DNA of 64,000 nt from Candidatus Longimicrobiales bacterium M2_2A_002 (lineage in GTDB: Bacteria > Gemmatimonadota > Gemmatimonadetes > Longimicrobiales > RSA9), in NCBI GenBank assembly GCA_051418035.1, contig JBPRGE010000064.1, positions 33,459 to 97,458 of the forward strand, written 5' to 3'. The notes under the pieces are model-generated. The model worked only from the letters and a program-made list of their open reading frames with translations. It made no database searches and was not told the DNA's origin. This document shows positions 50,584-60,355 of the stretch, one piece after another; position 1 is the first letter of the stretch; the number at the start of each line of letters is the position of its first letter. The translations under genes were made by a program, and so were the position numbers.

Positions 50584-51654
50584 TCAGCGTCGGTACTTCG
50601 GGTGGGCCTTCATGCTCTTCATGATGGCCTTGTAGCGGGCGACCTCCTCCTGGCGGGCGAGGGGGTCGTCCCTGCGGGCCTGCCAGTCGGCCTCCGCCTG
50701 CAGCTTGTGGTAGCTGGCCAGCCGGTCCGGGTCCAGTCGTCCGTCCTCGACGGCGGCTTTCACGGCGCAGTCCGGCTCCGCGTCGTGGGCGCAGTCCCGG
50801 TACCGGCACCCGCCCGCCAGCTCGTGGATGTCGGGGAACGTACGGTCGAGCCCGTCGTCGACCCCGTAGAGCTGCAGCTCCCGCATCCCGGGCGTGTCCA
50901 GCAGCAGCGTCCCGCCGGGGAGCGGGACCAGGTGGCGGCTGGTGGTGGTGTGGCGGCCCTTCCGGTCGTACTCCCGGACCTCGCCGGTGGCCAGGACGTG
51001 CCCGCCGAGGAGCCGGTTCACCAGCGTCGACTTGCCGACCCCGGACGGGCCCAGGAGCGCGATGGTGGTGCCGGGCTGCAGGTCGGAGCCCAGCTCCGTG
51101 ACATCGTCGTGCGGCCCGGCGCTGACCACCCGGACCGGCACGCCCGGCGCAACGCCCTCGGCCTCGCGACGCGCCTCCTCGGCGTCCGCGTGCATGTCGG
51201 CCTTCGACAGCACGATCACCGGTCGGGCCCCGCTCTCCCACGCCGCCGCCAGGTAGCGCTCGATCCGCCGGGGGTTCACCGGTGTGTCGAGCCCGTGCAC
51301 GATCCAGACGACATCGACGTTCGCCGCGACCACCTGCTCGCGACCCTCCTCGCCGGCCGCACCCCGGGAGAACTTCGTCCTTCGCGGCAGCGTCGCCGCG
51401 ATGCGAACGGCGCCGTCCGGCCCGCCCGCCCGGACGGCCACCCAGTCGCCGACGGCCGCACGGGGCACGCCCGGGGCGAGGACGGCGACCCGGGCCCCGG
51501 AGTCGTCTGCCGGCCCGGGTCCGGTGACCCGGTACCGGTCGCGGTGCTCCTCCAGGACACGGGCGGGCTCCGAGTCCGGCGGCGCCTGGGCCTCCCAGAC
51601 CGATCGCCAGTGCTCGTTCCAGCCCCACGGGATCAGCGGGTCCGCATCGGGCAT
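50584..51654 (-). CDS. rsgA: ribosome small subunit-dependent GTPase A
   Basis: VAANVD, SKAD, GPSGVGKST, GRHTTT, DTPGMRE and the zinc site CRYRDCAHDAEPDC. Confidence 0.93.
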   Translation of the reverse strand: MPDADPLIPWGWNEHWRSVWEAQAPPDSEPARVLEEHRDRYRVTGPGPADDSGARVAVLAPGVPRAAVGDWVAVRAGGPDGAVRIAATLPRRTKFSRGAAGEEGREQVVAANVDVVWIVHGLDTPVNPRRIERYLAAAWESGARPVIVLSKADMHADAEEARREAEGVAPGVPVRVVSAGPHDDVTELGSDLQPGTTIALLGPSGVGKSTLVNRLLGGHVLATGEVREYDRKGRHTTTSRHLVPLPGGTLLLDTPGMRELQLYGVDDGLDRTFPDIHELAGGCRYRDCAHDAEPDCAVKAAVEDGRLDPDRLASYHKLQAEADWQARRDDPLARQEEVARYKAIMKSMKAHPKYRR

Positions 51655-51808
51655 GAGACCAAGGTACGCCGGCGGGTCGCGCCGACAAGGGCGCGTGCGC
51701 CCCGCCGAACGGGCGTCCGATGGGACGGCGGTGTGGATTTCGCAGCATGGACCCCTGGCCGGTGGTGGAGCCGGAATCTGGCATCTGGCAAAGGGAAGGA
51801 GGCGCGCC

Positions 51809-52936
51809 GTGAGCACGTTGGAGATCGTGGTCCGGATCGCTGCCGGCGTGGTGCTCACGAGCACGAACGCCTTCTTCGTGGTCACGGAGTTCGCCCTGAC
51901 GCGGCTCCGTCAGTTCTCCGAGCGTCGGGTCCGCGAGGACCGCCGGCTGCGCCGGGGCTGGGAGATGACCGAGGAGCTGGAGATCTACCTCACCGGCTGC
52001 CAGCTGGGGATCACCACCTCGAGCATCCTGCTCGGCGTGGTGGCGGAGCCGGCGGTGACCCACCTCCTCCGGCCCGTCTTCCAGGCGGTCGGGCTCCAGG
52101 GGGCCACGGCATCGACGGTCAGTGTCATCGCCGCCGTAGTGGTGATCAACCTGATCCACAAGATCTGGGGCGAGCAGGCCCCCACGTACCTCGGCGTGGA
52201 GCGCCCGCTGGAGGTTGCCCGCTGGGCCGCGCCCGTGCTCTACTGGTGGACGAAGGTCACCTACCCGGTGATCAAGCTCGGCGATGGCGCCGCGAAGCTG
52301 ACGCTCCGGGCGATCGGGGTGGAGATGGAGCGGTCGTGGGTGGAGCAGGAGGCGGAGGCCCCCTCGGGCGAGTCAGGGCGGGAGCCAGGGCGCTCGGAAG
52401 ACCGGGATGGGCGAGCCGGCCCCCGGGGCTCCCTCCTGGAGGAGATGGGCGAGGTCCTGGCCCGGAGCGGTGTAGCGCCGGATCGCCGGGAGGAGGTCCT
52501 CCGGGCCGTGGAGATCGAGGATGTCCCGGTGCGCGAGATCATGGTCCCGGCGTCCGACGTGGTGGCGTGGTCGGAGGACGCACCGCTGGAGGAGAACCTC
52601 GACCGGGTACGCGAGGCGGGCTTCAGCCGCTATCCGCTGATCGGCGACGGGCTCGGGGACTACCGCGGGATCCTGTACGCCTCGTCGCTCCTCCCGGCCC
52701 TCGACGCGATCCGGGCCGGCGACACCGGGGTCCGCGAGCTGGCGGCCGAGCCGGTGGAGGTCCGACCGGAGATGGCCGTGGCCGACTTCATCGACTACCT
52801 CCAGGACCAGGCGCAGGAGCTGGCGCTGGTGCGCGACGGCGACGAGGTCGTGGGGCTGGTGACCGTGACCGACGCCGTGGAGGCCATCCTCGGCGAGCTC
52901 CGGGACCCGCTGGACCCGCGCGTCGAGGGGGAGTAG
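51809..52936 (+). CDS. CNNM/DUF21 + CBS protein (no CorC_HlyC tail)
   Basis: NAFFVVTEFAL, CQLGIT, GEQAPT, VREIMVP, FSRYPL, GLVTVTDAVEAILGE. Confidence 0.88.
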   Translation: MSTLEIVVRIAAGVVLTSTNAFFVVTEFALTRLRQFSERRVREDRRLRRGWEMTEELEIYLTGCQLGITTSSILLGVVAEPAVTHLLRPVFQAVGLQGATASTVSVIAAVVVINLIHKIWGEQAPTYLGVERPLEVARWAAPVLYWWTKVTYPVIKLGDGAAKLTLRAIGVEMERSWVEQEAEAPSGESGREPGRSEDRDGRAGPRGSLLEEMGEVLARSGVAPDRREEVLRAVEIEDVPVREIMVPASDVVAWSEDAPLEENLDRVREAGFSRYPLIGDGLGDYRGILYASSLLPALDAIRAGDTGVRELAAEPVEVRPEMAVADFIDYLQDQAQELALVRDGDEVVGLVTVTDAVEAILGELRDPLDPRVEGE

Positions 52937-52999
52937 GGCGGTGGAGGATGGACGGGACCGACACCGAGCGAAGCAAGACGCGCTGACCGGGGGCGGTTC

Positions 53000-54244
53000 C
53001 TAGGCTTCCTCGAGCTCGGCCAGGACCTCCGCCGTGTGCTCACCGACCCGGGGCGGGACGCCGGCGGCCGAAAGTCGCTCCCCGTTCCGACGGACCGGCA
53101 TCGCGACATCCACGTACCCCGGCAGCGCGTCCAGCGGGCGGAGCATCCCGGAGGCGGCGACCTGCTCGTCCTCGACGACGCCGGCCGCGTCGTGGATCGG
53201 GGCGCACGGCACCCCCGCGTCGCGGAGCTGTGCCAGGAGGTCGTCGGCGGGGGCACGACGGCGGGTACGTTCCGCCAGGATCCCGACCAGCGCCTCCCGG
53301 TGGGCGACCCGGTCCGCGTTGCCGGTGAAGCGGGGGTCATCGACCAGCTCGGGGAGGCCGAGCGCCTCGCAGAGCCGGCGGAAGAGGCCGTCGTTGGCCG
53401 CGGCGATCATCACCTCGCCGTCGGCCGCGGGGAACGCCTGGTACGGCGCGATCATGCCGAGCCCGGAGCCCAGCGGGCCCGGCACGGCTCGGGTCGCCAG
53501 GCAGCCCTGGAGGTGGTACGCCATCCACGCCAGCGACGTGTCCAGCAGCGACATGGTGATATGGACCGACTCGGCGTCCGGCCGCGCTCCGGGTGTGCCG
53601 CCGCCGGACCGCCCGGTGCTCCCGGGGTCGCCGGGACCTCCGGGGCTCTCGGGACGCCCCGGTTTCCCTCGACTCCCCGGACTCCCACCAACGTTCCAGC
53701 CTCTTCCCACCAGCTCGGCCAGCACCGCCACGCCGGCCCACAGCCCGGTCCCCATGTCCACGGTCGACGTGCCCGCCCGGGTCGGCGGCCCGCCGGGGTG
53801 GCCGGTGACGGACATGATCCCGGCGAACGCCTGCATGAGCGGGTCGTAGCCCGGCTGGTCGCGGAGCGGGCCCTCGGTCCCGAAGGCGGTGACGGATACG
53901 TAGATCACGCCGGGGCGGAGGTCGCGGACGGTGTCGTAGTCGAACCCGAGCCGCTCGACCACACCGGCCCGGAACGCCTGGACGAACACGTCGCACCGTG
54001 CGATGAGGCGGCGGAGCACGTCGCGCCCCGCCGCCGTGTCCAGGTCGAGGACGATGCTCCGCTTCCCCCGGTTGCCGCACAGGAAGAGCGGGCTCTCGCC
54101 GTCCACGAAGGGCGGGCCCCACCGCCGGACGGGGTCGCCGTCGGGCGGCTCGACCTTGACCACGTCCGCACCGAGGTCGGCGAGGATCTGCGGCGCCCGG
54201 GGCAACGATGGCACGTTGAACCCCCGGTCGGGAAGTCCTACCAT
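53000..54244 (-). pseudogene. CaiB/BaiF CoA transferase, N-terminally truncated, with Gly/Pro-rich insertion
   Basis: QILADLGADVVKVEP, NRGKRS, GYDPLMQA, PPRVGEHT are present; the usual PLxGxRVLD...AGP start is absent. Confidence 0.7.
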
Positions 54245-54250
54245 TCGCTC

Positions 54251-55603
54251 GTGACCATTCTCACCGGGGCGACCATCGCCCTGCTGATCGCCCTGAACGG
54301 ACTGTACGTGGCGGCGGAGTTCGCCGCCGTGAGCGTCCGACGGAGCCGCGTCCGGCAGATGGCGGAGGAGGGGAACCGGTTCGCCGGGAGCCTCCTGCCC
54401 ACGCTGGAGTCGGCCGCCCGGCTCGACCGCTACATCGCCGCGTGCCAGGTCGGGATCACCGTCTCGAGCCTGGTCCTGGGTGCCTACGGCCAGGCGACGC
54501 TCGGGCAGGCGCTGACGCCGCTCTTCGAGCGCTGGGGCGAGATGCAGACGCTGGCCGCCCAGTCGGCGTCGGCGGCCGTGGTGCTGGTCGGGCTGACCAC
54601 GCTCCAGATGGTCATGGGCGAGCTGGTCCCCAAGTCGCTGGCGCTCCAGTACCCCACGCGCCTCGCCCTGCTGACCGTGCTGCCGATGCGCTGGTCGGAG
54701 CGGCTGCTGGCGTGGTTCATCGCCGTGCTGAACGGGAGCGGCTGGCTGGTCCTCCGGCTCCTTCGGGTCGAGCCGAAGCCCCACCGCCACCTCCATTCGG
54801 CGGAGGAGATCAAGTTCCTGGTGGCCGAGAGCCGGGAGGGCGGCCACCTGGAGCCCGAGGAGCACCGGCGGCTGAACCAGGCGCTGGGGCTGACCCAGCG
54901 GACGGCCCGGGAGCTGATGATCCCCCGGACCCGGGTGGTGGCCGTGGACCGGGAGGAAGGGCTCGAAGCGGCGCTCGACGTGGCGTCGTCGTCGCCGTAC
55001 ACCCGGCTGCCGGTCTACCAGGGCTCCATCGACCGGATCGTGGGCGTGGTCCACGCAAAGGACCTGGCCGCCGCGGCACTGGCGGACGGGGATGGTGCCG
55101 GGCTGGCGGACCACGTCCGGCCGATCCTGGCGGTCCACGAGACGGTCTCGGCCGACCGGGTCCTGGCGCTGATGCGGGAGGAGCGGGGCGTCATGGCCGT
55201 GGTGGTGGACGACTTCGACGGCACGTCCGGGGTCCTCACCACCGAGGACATCCTGAGCGAGCTGCTGGGCGAGATCGCGGACGAGTTCAAGCACCCGGCG
55301 GGCGCGCCCGAGCGGCTGCCGGACGGCCGCGTGCGCCTGCCCGGCGACCTGGCGCTCTATGAGGCCGCGCCCTGGGTCGGCACCCGGTGGCAGGCCGACT
55401 CCGACACGGTGGGCGGGCTGATCATGGAGCGGCTGGGTCGCGTGCCCGAGGTCGGCGACGTCCTCGAGGTCGACGGCGTGACCGTCGAGGTCGAGGCCAC
55501 CGACGGCCACGCCGTCCGGACCGTGCTCGCCCGACCGGAGGGGTCGGAGGAGCCGCCGGAGCCCCGGGAGCCGGCGGCGCCGGAGGACGGGGGGACGCCA
55601 TGA
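54251..55603 (+). CDS. hemolysin-family CNNM/CBS/CorC protein
   Basis: NGLYVAAEFA, CQVGIT, GELVPKS, MIPRT, TRLPVY, TVGGL. Confidence 0.9.
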   Translation: MTILTGATIALLIALNGLYVAAEFAAVSVRRSRVRQMAEEGNRFAGSLLPTLESAARLDRYIAACQVGITVSSLVLGAYGQATLGQALTPLFERWGEMQTLAAQSASAAVVLVGLTTLQMVMGELVPKSLALQYPTRLALLTVLPMRWSERLLAWFIAVLNGSGWLVLRLLRVEPKPHRHLHSAEEIKFLVAESREGGHLEPEEHRRLNQALGLTQRTARELMIPRTRVVAVDREEGLEAALDVASSSPYTRLPVYQGSIDRIVGVVHAKDLAAAALADGDGAGLADHVRPILAVHETVSADRVLALMREERGVMAVVVDDFDGTSGVLTTEDILSELLGEIADEFKHPAGAPERLPDGRVRLPGDLALYEAAPWVGTRWQADSDTVGGLIMERLGRVPEVGDVLEVDGVTVEVEATDGHAVRTVLARPEGSEEPPEPREPAAPEDGGTP

Positions 55604-56895
55604 TCCCGACCCTCGTCGTCGCCGGCCTGATCATCCTGAACGGCGTCTTCGTGGCCGCCGAGTTCGCCATCATCGGCTCGCCGCGGGCGGCCATCGAGCG
55701 GAAGGCCCGGGCGGGGAACCGGCTGGCCGGGCTGGTCCAGCGGGTGCTGGGCGACGCCCGGGAGCAGGACCGCTACATCGCCACCGCCCAGCTCGGGATC
55801 ACGTCCGCGAGCCTGGCGCTGGGGATGTACGGCGAGCACCTGCTGGCCGAGTGGATCTACCACTACCTCGAGGCACTGGGACCGCTCCAGTGGATCGGCG
55901 CCCACTCCGTGGCCAGCGTGCTGGCCGTGGCGTTCCTGACGTACCTCCACGTGGTGCTGGGCGAGATGGTCCCCAAGTCGCTGGCGCTCCAGGCGCCGGG
56001 CGCCGTCGCCATGGCCATCGCCGTGCCCATGCGCGTCATCGAGATCACCCTCTACCCGCTGGTCGTGGCGCTGAACGGGCTCGGCAACGGGATCCTCCGG
56101 CTCTTCGGCGTCGAGCGCTCCGCGGTGAGCGAGGAGCACTACCGCACCGCCGACGAGCTCAGCTTCATCGTGGCCGAGAGCCGGGCGGGCGGCCTCCTGG
56201 CCCGGGAGCCCGCCCGGGTCGTCCAGGAGCTGCTGGAGTTCGCGGACCTGACGGCCGGCGAGGTCATGGTGCCCCGGACCCGGGTGACCGGGTTCGCCCT
56301 CGGCGCCGACCGCAGCGCCGTGGCCGCCGCGCTGGAGACCGACCGCCACACCCGCTACCCGGTCTACGAGGGCAGCCTGGACAGCATCGTCGGTGTGGTC
56401 CACGTGAAGGACCTGCTCGTGGGGCTCCGGGAGGGCGGCCGCCTGGAACGGGCCATGGTCCACGACGTCCCGTTCGTCCCGGCCACCGAGCCCCTCGACC
56501 GGGTCCTGGCCACGCTCCGGCGCACCCGGTCCCAGGTGGCCGTGGTCCTCGACGAGCACGGCGGCACCGAGGGGATCCTGACCCTCGAGGACCTGTTCGA
56601 GGAAGTGGTGGGCGACATCGCCGATCCCGGCGAGACGCCGCTGATCCGCCGGGACGAGGCCGGCGGGCTCCGGGTCGCCGGCACCGTCCGTCTCGACGAG
56701 CTCGGCGAGGCGCTGGGGCTCGTCCTGGAGCACGACGAGGTGGACACCGTGAGCGGGCTGGTCCTCACCCGCCTCGGCCGACCGCCGGCCATCGGCGACC
56801 GCGTCGAGCACGAGGACGTGGTGCTGGAGGTGACGGCGGTCCGGGGCAAGGGCGTCCAGCAGGCCCGGGTCGTGAGCGCGCCGGAGCCGGCGTAG
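55600..56895 (+). CDS. hemolysin-family CNNM/CBS/CorC protein
   Basis: NGVFVAAEFA, AQLGIT, GEMVPKS, MVPRT, DEHGGTEG, TVSGL; ATGA-coupled. Confidence 0.9.
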   Translation: MIPTLVVAGLIILNGVFVAAEFAIIGSPRAAIERKARAGNRLAGLVQRVLGDAREQDRYIATAQLGITSASLALGMYGEHLLAEWIYHYLEALGPLQWIGAHSVASVLAVAFLTYLHVVLGEMVPKSLALQAPGAVAMAIAVPMRVIEITLYPLVVALNGLGNGILRLFGVERSAVSEEHYRTADELSFIVAESRAGGLLAREPARVVQELLEFADLTAGEVMVPRTRVTGFALGADRSAVAAALETDRHTRYPVYEGSLDSIVGVVHVKDLLVGLREGGRLERAMVHDVPFVPATEPLDRVLATLRRTRSQVAVVLDEHGGTEGILTLEDLFEEVVGDIADPGETPLIRRDEAGGLRVAGTVRLDELGEALGLVLEHDEVDTVSGLVLTRLGRPPAIGDRVEHEDVVLEVTAVRGKGVQQARVVSAPEPA

Positions 56896-56965
56896 GCCGG
56901 TTGACCCCGGGGGCGGACCGTCGCCAACCTAGGGAGGCGACGTGCCACCACCGGAGGAGGCGACC

Positions 56966-57508
56966 GTGGAGAACCTGAAGGGACAGCTGCTCATCTCCAG
57001 CGGCGGGCTGTACGACCCGAACTTCCGCCATACCGTGGTCCTCATCGGCGAGCACGACGATGCCGGCGCCGTCGGCGTGGTCCTCAACCGCCCTCTCGAC
57101 ACCATGGTCCACGAGGCGGCCCCGACGCTGGCCGGGCTCGTCGATGCCGATGAGCCGCTCTTCCAGGGCGGGCCCGTGGAGCCGAGCCAGGCCGTGCTCA
57201 TGGCCGAGCTCGCCGTCCCGGGGCTCGTGGACGTGCCCGTCTTCGGGAACGTCGGCTTCCTCACCGGCGAGGTCTCCGCCGACGTCGGGAGCGCCGTCCT
57301 CCGGGCCCGCGTCTTCGTCGGGCACGCCGGCTGGGGGCCCGGCCAGCTCGAGGCCGAGATGGACGCCGACTCCTGGATCCTCGAGACCGCCACCGCCGAT
57401 GACATCTTCACCCCCACGCCCGACGCCCTCTGGTACGACATTCTCGAGCGGAAGGGACCGCCGTACGACAAGGTGGCCCGGGTCCCGTTCGATCCGTCCA
57501 TGAACTAG
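56966..57508 (+). CDS. YqgE/AlgH family protein
   Basis: GQLLIS, DPNFRHTVV, GVVLNRP, FQGGPV, GHAGWGPGQLEAE; GGAGGAGG RBS. Confidence 0.9.
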   Translation: MENLKGQLLISSGGLYDPNFRHTVVLIGEHDDAGAVGVVLNRPLDTMVHEAAPTLAGLVDADEPLFQGGPVEPSQAVLMAELAVPGLVDVPVFGNVGFLTGEVSADVGSAVLRARVFVGHAGWGPGQLEAEMDADSWILETATADDIFTPTPDALWYDILERKGPPYDKVARVPFDPSMN

Positions 57509-57601
57509 AGCCGGGCGCCGTCGAGTTGCGTCGTCATCAGCGGGCGGGTATGGTGACAGACCCCTGAGTCGGCGGCGTTCCTCTCACCCCGGAGCGACCC
57601 C

Positions 57602-58504
57602 ATGACGACGAAGATCTCCGACCTGCGCCCCATGACCATGGGCGAGGTCCTGGACCGCTCGTTTCAGGTACTGCGACGCCATTTCGGTCCTCTGTTCGTG
57701 ACCGCGCTCATCGGGATCGTGCCCCTCCTGGGTATCTACCTGACGGCCATCCCGAGCACCGCTACGGTGACGCCCGGCTTCAGCCCGGCGATGGCCACGA
57801 TGTTGTTCGTGCTGTACATCCTGCTGCTCCTGACCATGGCGATCTCGTGGGGCGCCGTGACGCAGGAGGTGGATCAGGCGGTGAAGGAGGAGGCGGTCAG
57901 CGTGATGGACGGGCTCCGGCACGGCATGAAGGCGTTCTTCCGCGTGGTCGGGTTCTGGATCATGGCGTACCTGGCGGTCCTGGCCGTGTTCCTGCCAGCG
58001 CTGCTGGCGGCCGCGGTGGTGATGGCGGTCGCCGGCTTCCTCTTCGGGGAGAGCGCCCTCGCCGGGATCGTGGGCTTCGTGGCCGCCGGTGCCGCGTTCC
58101 TCGTGGCGGGCTTCGTCTGGGCGCCCATCGGCTTCCTGGGGCTGCCGGCCGTCATGATCGAGGGGCTGGGCCCCATCAAGGCACTGCGGCGGGCCCACGA
58201 GCTCGGGAAGGGAGGCCGGATCCGCGTCGGTGTGACGGCATTGGCGGCCTGGATCATCATGATCCTGCCGACGATCGGGCTCAGCTTCGCCATGGGGCTC
58301 GGGTTCGCGGCGTTCGATCCCACGGTCGCCGGGACGGCGTCGACGACTCAGCTCTATCTGTATCAGGTCGTCTCCTTCCTGGTCACCGGCCTCACCACAC
58401 CGTTCATGGTGGCGGCCATGGTGTTCATGTACTACGATCGCCGCGTTCGGCGGGAGGGTTACGACGTGGAGGTCGTGTCGGAGCCGGTCCCGCGCACGGT
58501 TTGA
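57602..58504 (+). CDS. conserved membrane protein (LRPMTMGEVLD...YYDRRVRREGYD type)
   Basis: About six TMs; signature motifs of proteins that head MoxR/DUF4129 clusters. Confidence 0.8.
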   Translation: MTTKISDLRPMTMGEVLDRSFQVLRRHFGPLFVTALIGIVPLLGIYLTAIPSTATVTPGFSPAMATMLFVLYILLLLTMAISWGAVTQEVDQAVKEEAVSVMDGLRHGMKAFFRVVGFWIMAYLAVLAVFLPALLAAAVVMAVAGFLFGESALAGIVGFVAAGAAFLVAGFVWAPIGFLGLPAVMIEGLGPIKALRRAHELGKGGRIRVGVTALAAWIIMILPTIGLSFAMGLGFAAFDPTVAGTASTTQLYLYQVVSFLVTGLTTPFMVAAMVFMYYDRRVRREGYDVEVVSEPVPRTV

Positions 58505-58569
58505 CCTTGCCCCGTGGGACGCCGGCGCAGCGACGCCGTCCCCCCTCGTGATGGAGTCTCCCCCGGCGG

Positions 58570-59217
58570 ATGCAGCAGCAGCCTGAGGCGATCGACGCGG
58601 CCGAAGTGCACCGTGCGCTGGAATCGGTGCTCGCGCGCCCGGAGTACGCGCCGGCGGAGCCGTCGCTCCTGCAGAAGTGGTTGGAGGCGGTGGGTCGGTG
58701 GCTCTCCACGGAGCTCTGGCCGGCCATCCTCCGTCTGCTCTCCGTACCGGACACCACCGACTCCGTCTGGAGCGTCATGTTCGCGGTCCTGGCCAGTATC
58801 GGCGCGCTGATCGGTGTGGCGGTCCTGGTCTACGGCGCGGTCCGGGGCGTGCGCTGGTGGCGTCGTCGGATCCGGCGGTCCGGGCACGGGGGCGAGGCGC
58901 CGGTCCCGGTCACAGCCGGGGACTGGCGGGCACGGGCCCGTGCCGCGGCGGAGCGAGGCGACTGGCGGCTCGCGGCCCACGCCCTCTACCGGGCCACGCT
59001 CCTGCGTCTGGGCGAGGCCGACGTGGTCCGCGTGGATCCGTCGAAGACCCCTGGCGACTACCGGCGCGAGGCGAGGCAGCGCGGGTCGCCGGCGCTGAGC
59101 GATCTCGACGCTTTCCTCCGCTGGTTCGAGCGGGTGGCGTACGGCCGCGACGAGCCGGGGCCGCAGCACTACGCGCGGCTCGCCGATACGGCCTCCGCTC
59201 TGGAGGCGCATGGCTGA
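58570..59217 (+). CDS. DUF4129 domain protein
   Basis: VLARPEY, one TM, GDWRLAAHALYRATL, KTPGDY, FERVAYG. Confidence 0.8.
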   Translation: MQQQPEAIDAAEVHRALESVLARPEYAPAEPSLLQKWLEAVGRWLSTELWPAILRLLSVPDTTDSVWSVMFAVLASIGALIGVAVLVYGAVRGVRWWRRRIRRSGHGGEAPVPVTAGDWRARARAAAERGDWRLAAHALYRATLLRLGEADVVRVDPSKTPGDYRREARQRGSPALSDLDAFLRWFERVAYGRDEPGPQHYARLADTASALEAHG

Positions 59218-60355
59218 TCCGCGACGGGAGTGGATCCGGGGCGGCGTGCTCCTCGTCGCCATCACGGCGGCCGTCCTGCTCCTGGCGCCGCCGGTCTCCC
59301 AGGTGGCCTTCGACTATCGGCTCTCCACCTACCGGACCACGCCCGACGGCGCCGGCGCCCTGTACGAGACGCTGGAGGCAATGGGCGTGAGCGTCGACCG
59401 GCGGCTCACGCCCATGACGGGTGTGGACGCGATCCGGGGACCGCTCGCGGTGCTGGAGCCGGTGGAGCCGTTCTCGACGGCGGAGCTCGACTCCCTGTTT
59501 GCGTGGGTGGAGCGGGGCGGCCGACTCATCGTCTCGCCGCCCGCGAGCTTGACCGATCCGGGCTTCCACGAGCACCTCCGCCTCGTCCTCTCCCACGCGG
59601 CGGGCGAGAACGCCGTGGCAGCACCGCATCGGTGGACGACCGGCCTCGACAGCATCGGGGCGGTGCAATGGGCCTTCGACCCGGACACGCTCGACGGCCC
59701 GGCCCTCGTGCCACTGGTCTTGGACTCGGTGACCGGCGAGCCGATCGTCGGGGTCCTGCGGCGGGGTGCCGGCGAGATCCTGGCCATCGCCGACGGGCAG
59801 CTGCTGTCCAACGATCGGATCCGGACCGCCGGGCTGGCACCGCTGGTGGTCCGCGTCGCCGCCGAGTGGACGCCGGTGGAAGGCGCCCTCCGGTTCGACG
59901 AGTACCACCACGGCCACCGGGGCGGGAGCCCGTACCGTGCCCTGGCCCGCGCGATCACCGGCGGGGCGGCCGGGAAGGTCGTGCTCCAGCTGATCGGGGT
60001 CGCGCTGCTGGCGCTGGCGGCCGCGGCCGTCCGCTTCGGCTCGCCCCGGGCGACCCGGACGGCGTCCCGCCGCTCTCCCCTCGAGCACGTGGACGCCCTG
60101 GGCGAGGTGTACCGCCAGGCGGATGCCGAGGGGCTGGCTCGCCGCCGCCTGGTGGCCGGGTTCGCTCGACGGCTCGGCCGGGAGCGCCCGATGGCCGGAG
60201 AGGAGGCCGTGTTCGTCGAGCGGCTCGAGCGAAACGTCCTGACCGGCGCCGACGCCGCGGCCGCGGTCTCGGCGGCCCTGGCCCGGGGCGCCCCCGTGCC
60301 GGAGCTGGCCGCCCGGATCGACCGAGCTATCCAGGAGATGAAGAGAATCCGATGA
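59210..60355 (+). CDS. DUF4350 domain protein
   Basis: STYRTTPDGAGALY, WVERGGRL, LSNDRI, FDEYHHG, RFGSP, EHVDALGEVY. Confidence 0.8.
   Translation: MADPRREWIRGGVLLVAITAAVLLLAPPVSQVAFDYRLSTYRTTPDGAGALYETLEAMGVSVDRRLTPMTGVDAIRGPLAVLEPVEPFSTAELDSLFAWVERGGRLIVSPPASLTDPGFHEHLRLVLSHAAGENAVAAPHRWTTGLDSIGAVQWAFDPDTLDGPALVPLVLDSVTGEPIVGVLRRGAGEILAIADGQLLSNDRIRTAGLAPLVVRVAAEWTPVEGALRFDEYHHGHRGGSPYRALARAITGGAAGKVVLQLIGVALLALAAAAVRFGSPRATRTASRRSPLEHVDALGEVYRQADAEGLARRRLVAGFARRLGRERPMAGEEAVFVERLERNVLTGADAAAAVSAALARGAPVPELAARIDRAIQEMKRIR

Noticed and set aside
53036-55510. Apparent 855-aa and 836-aa fusion ORFs
   Set aside because: Each is a real gene plus read-through antisense to its divergent neighbour.
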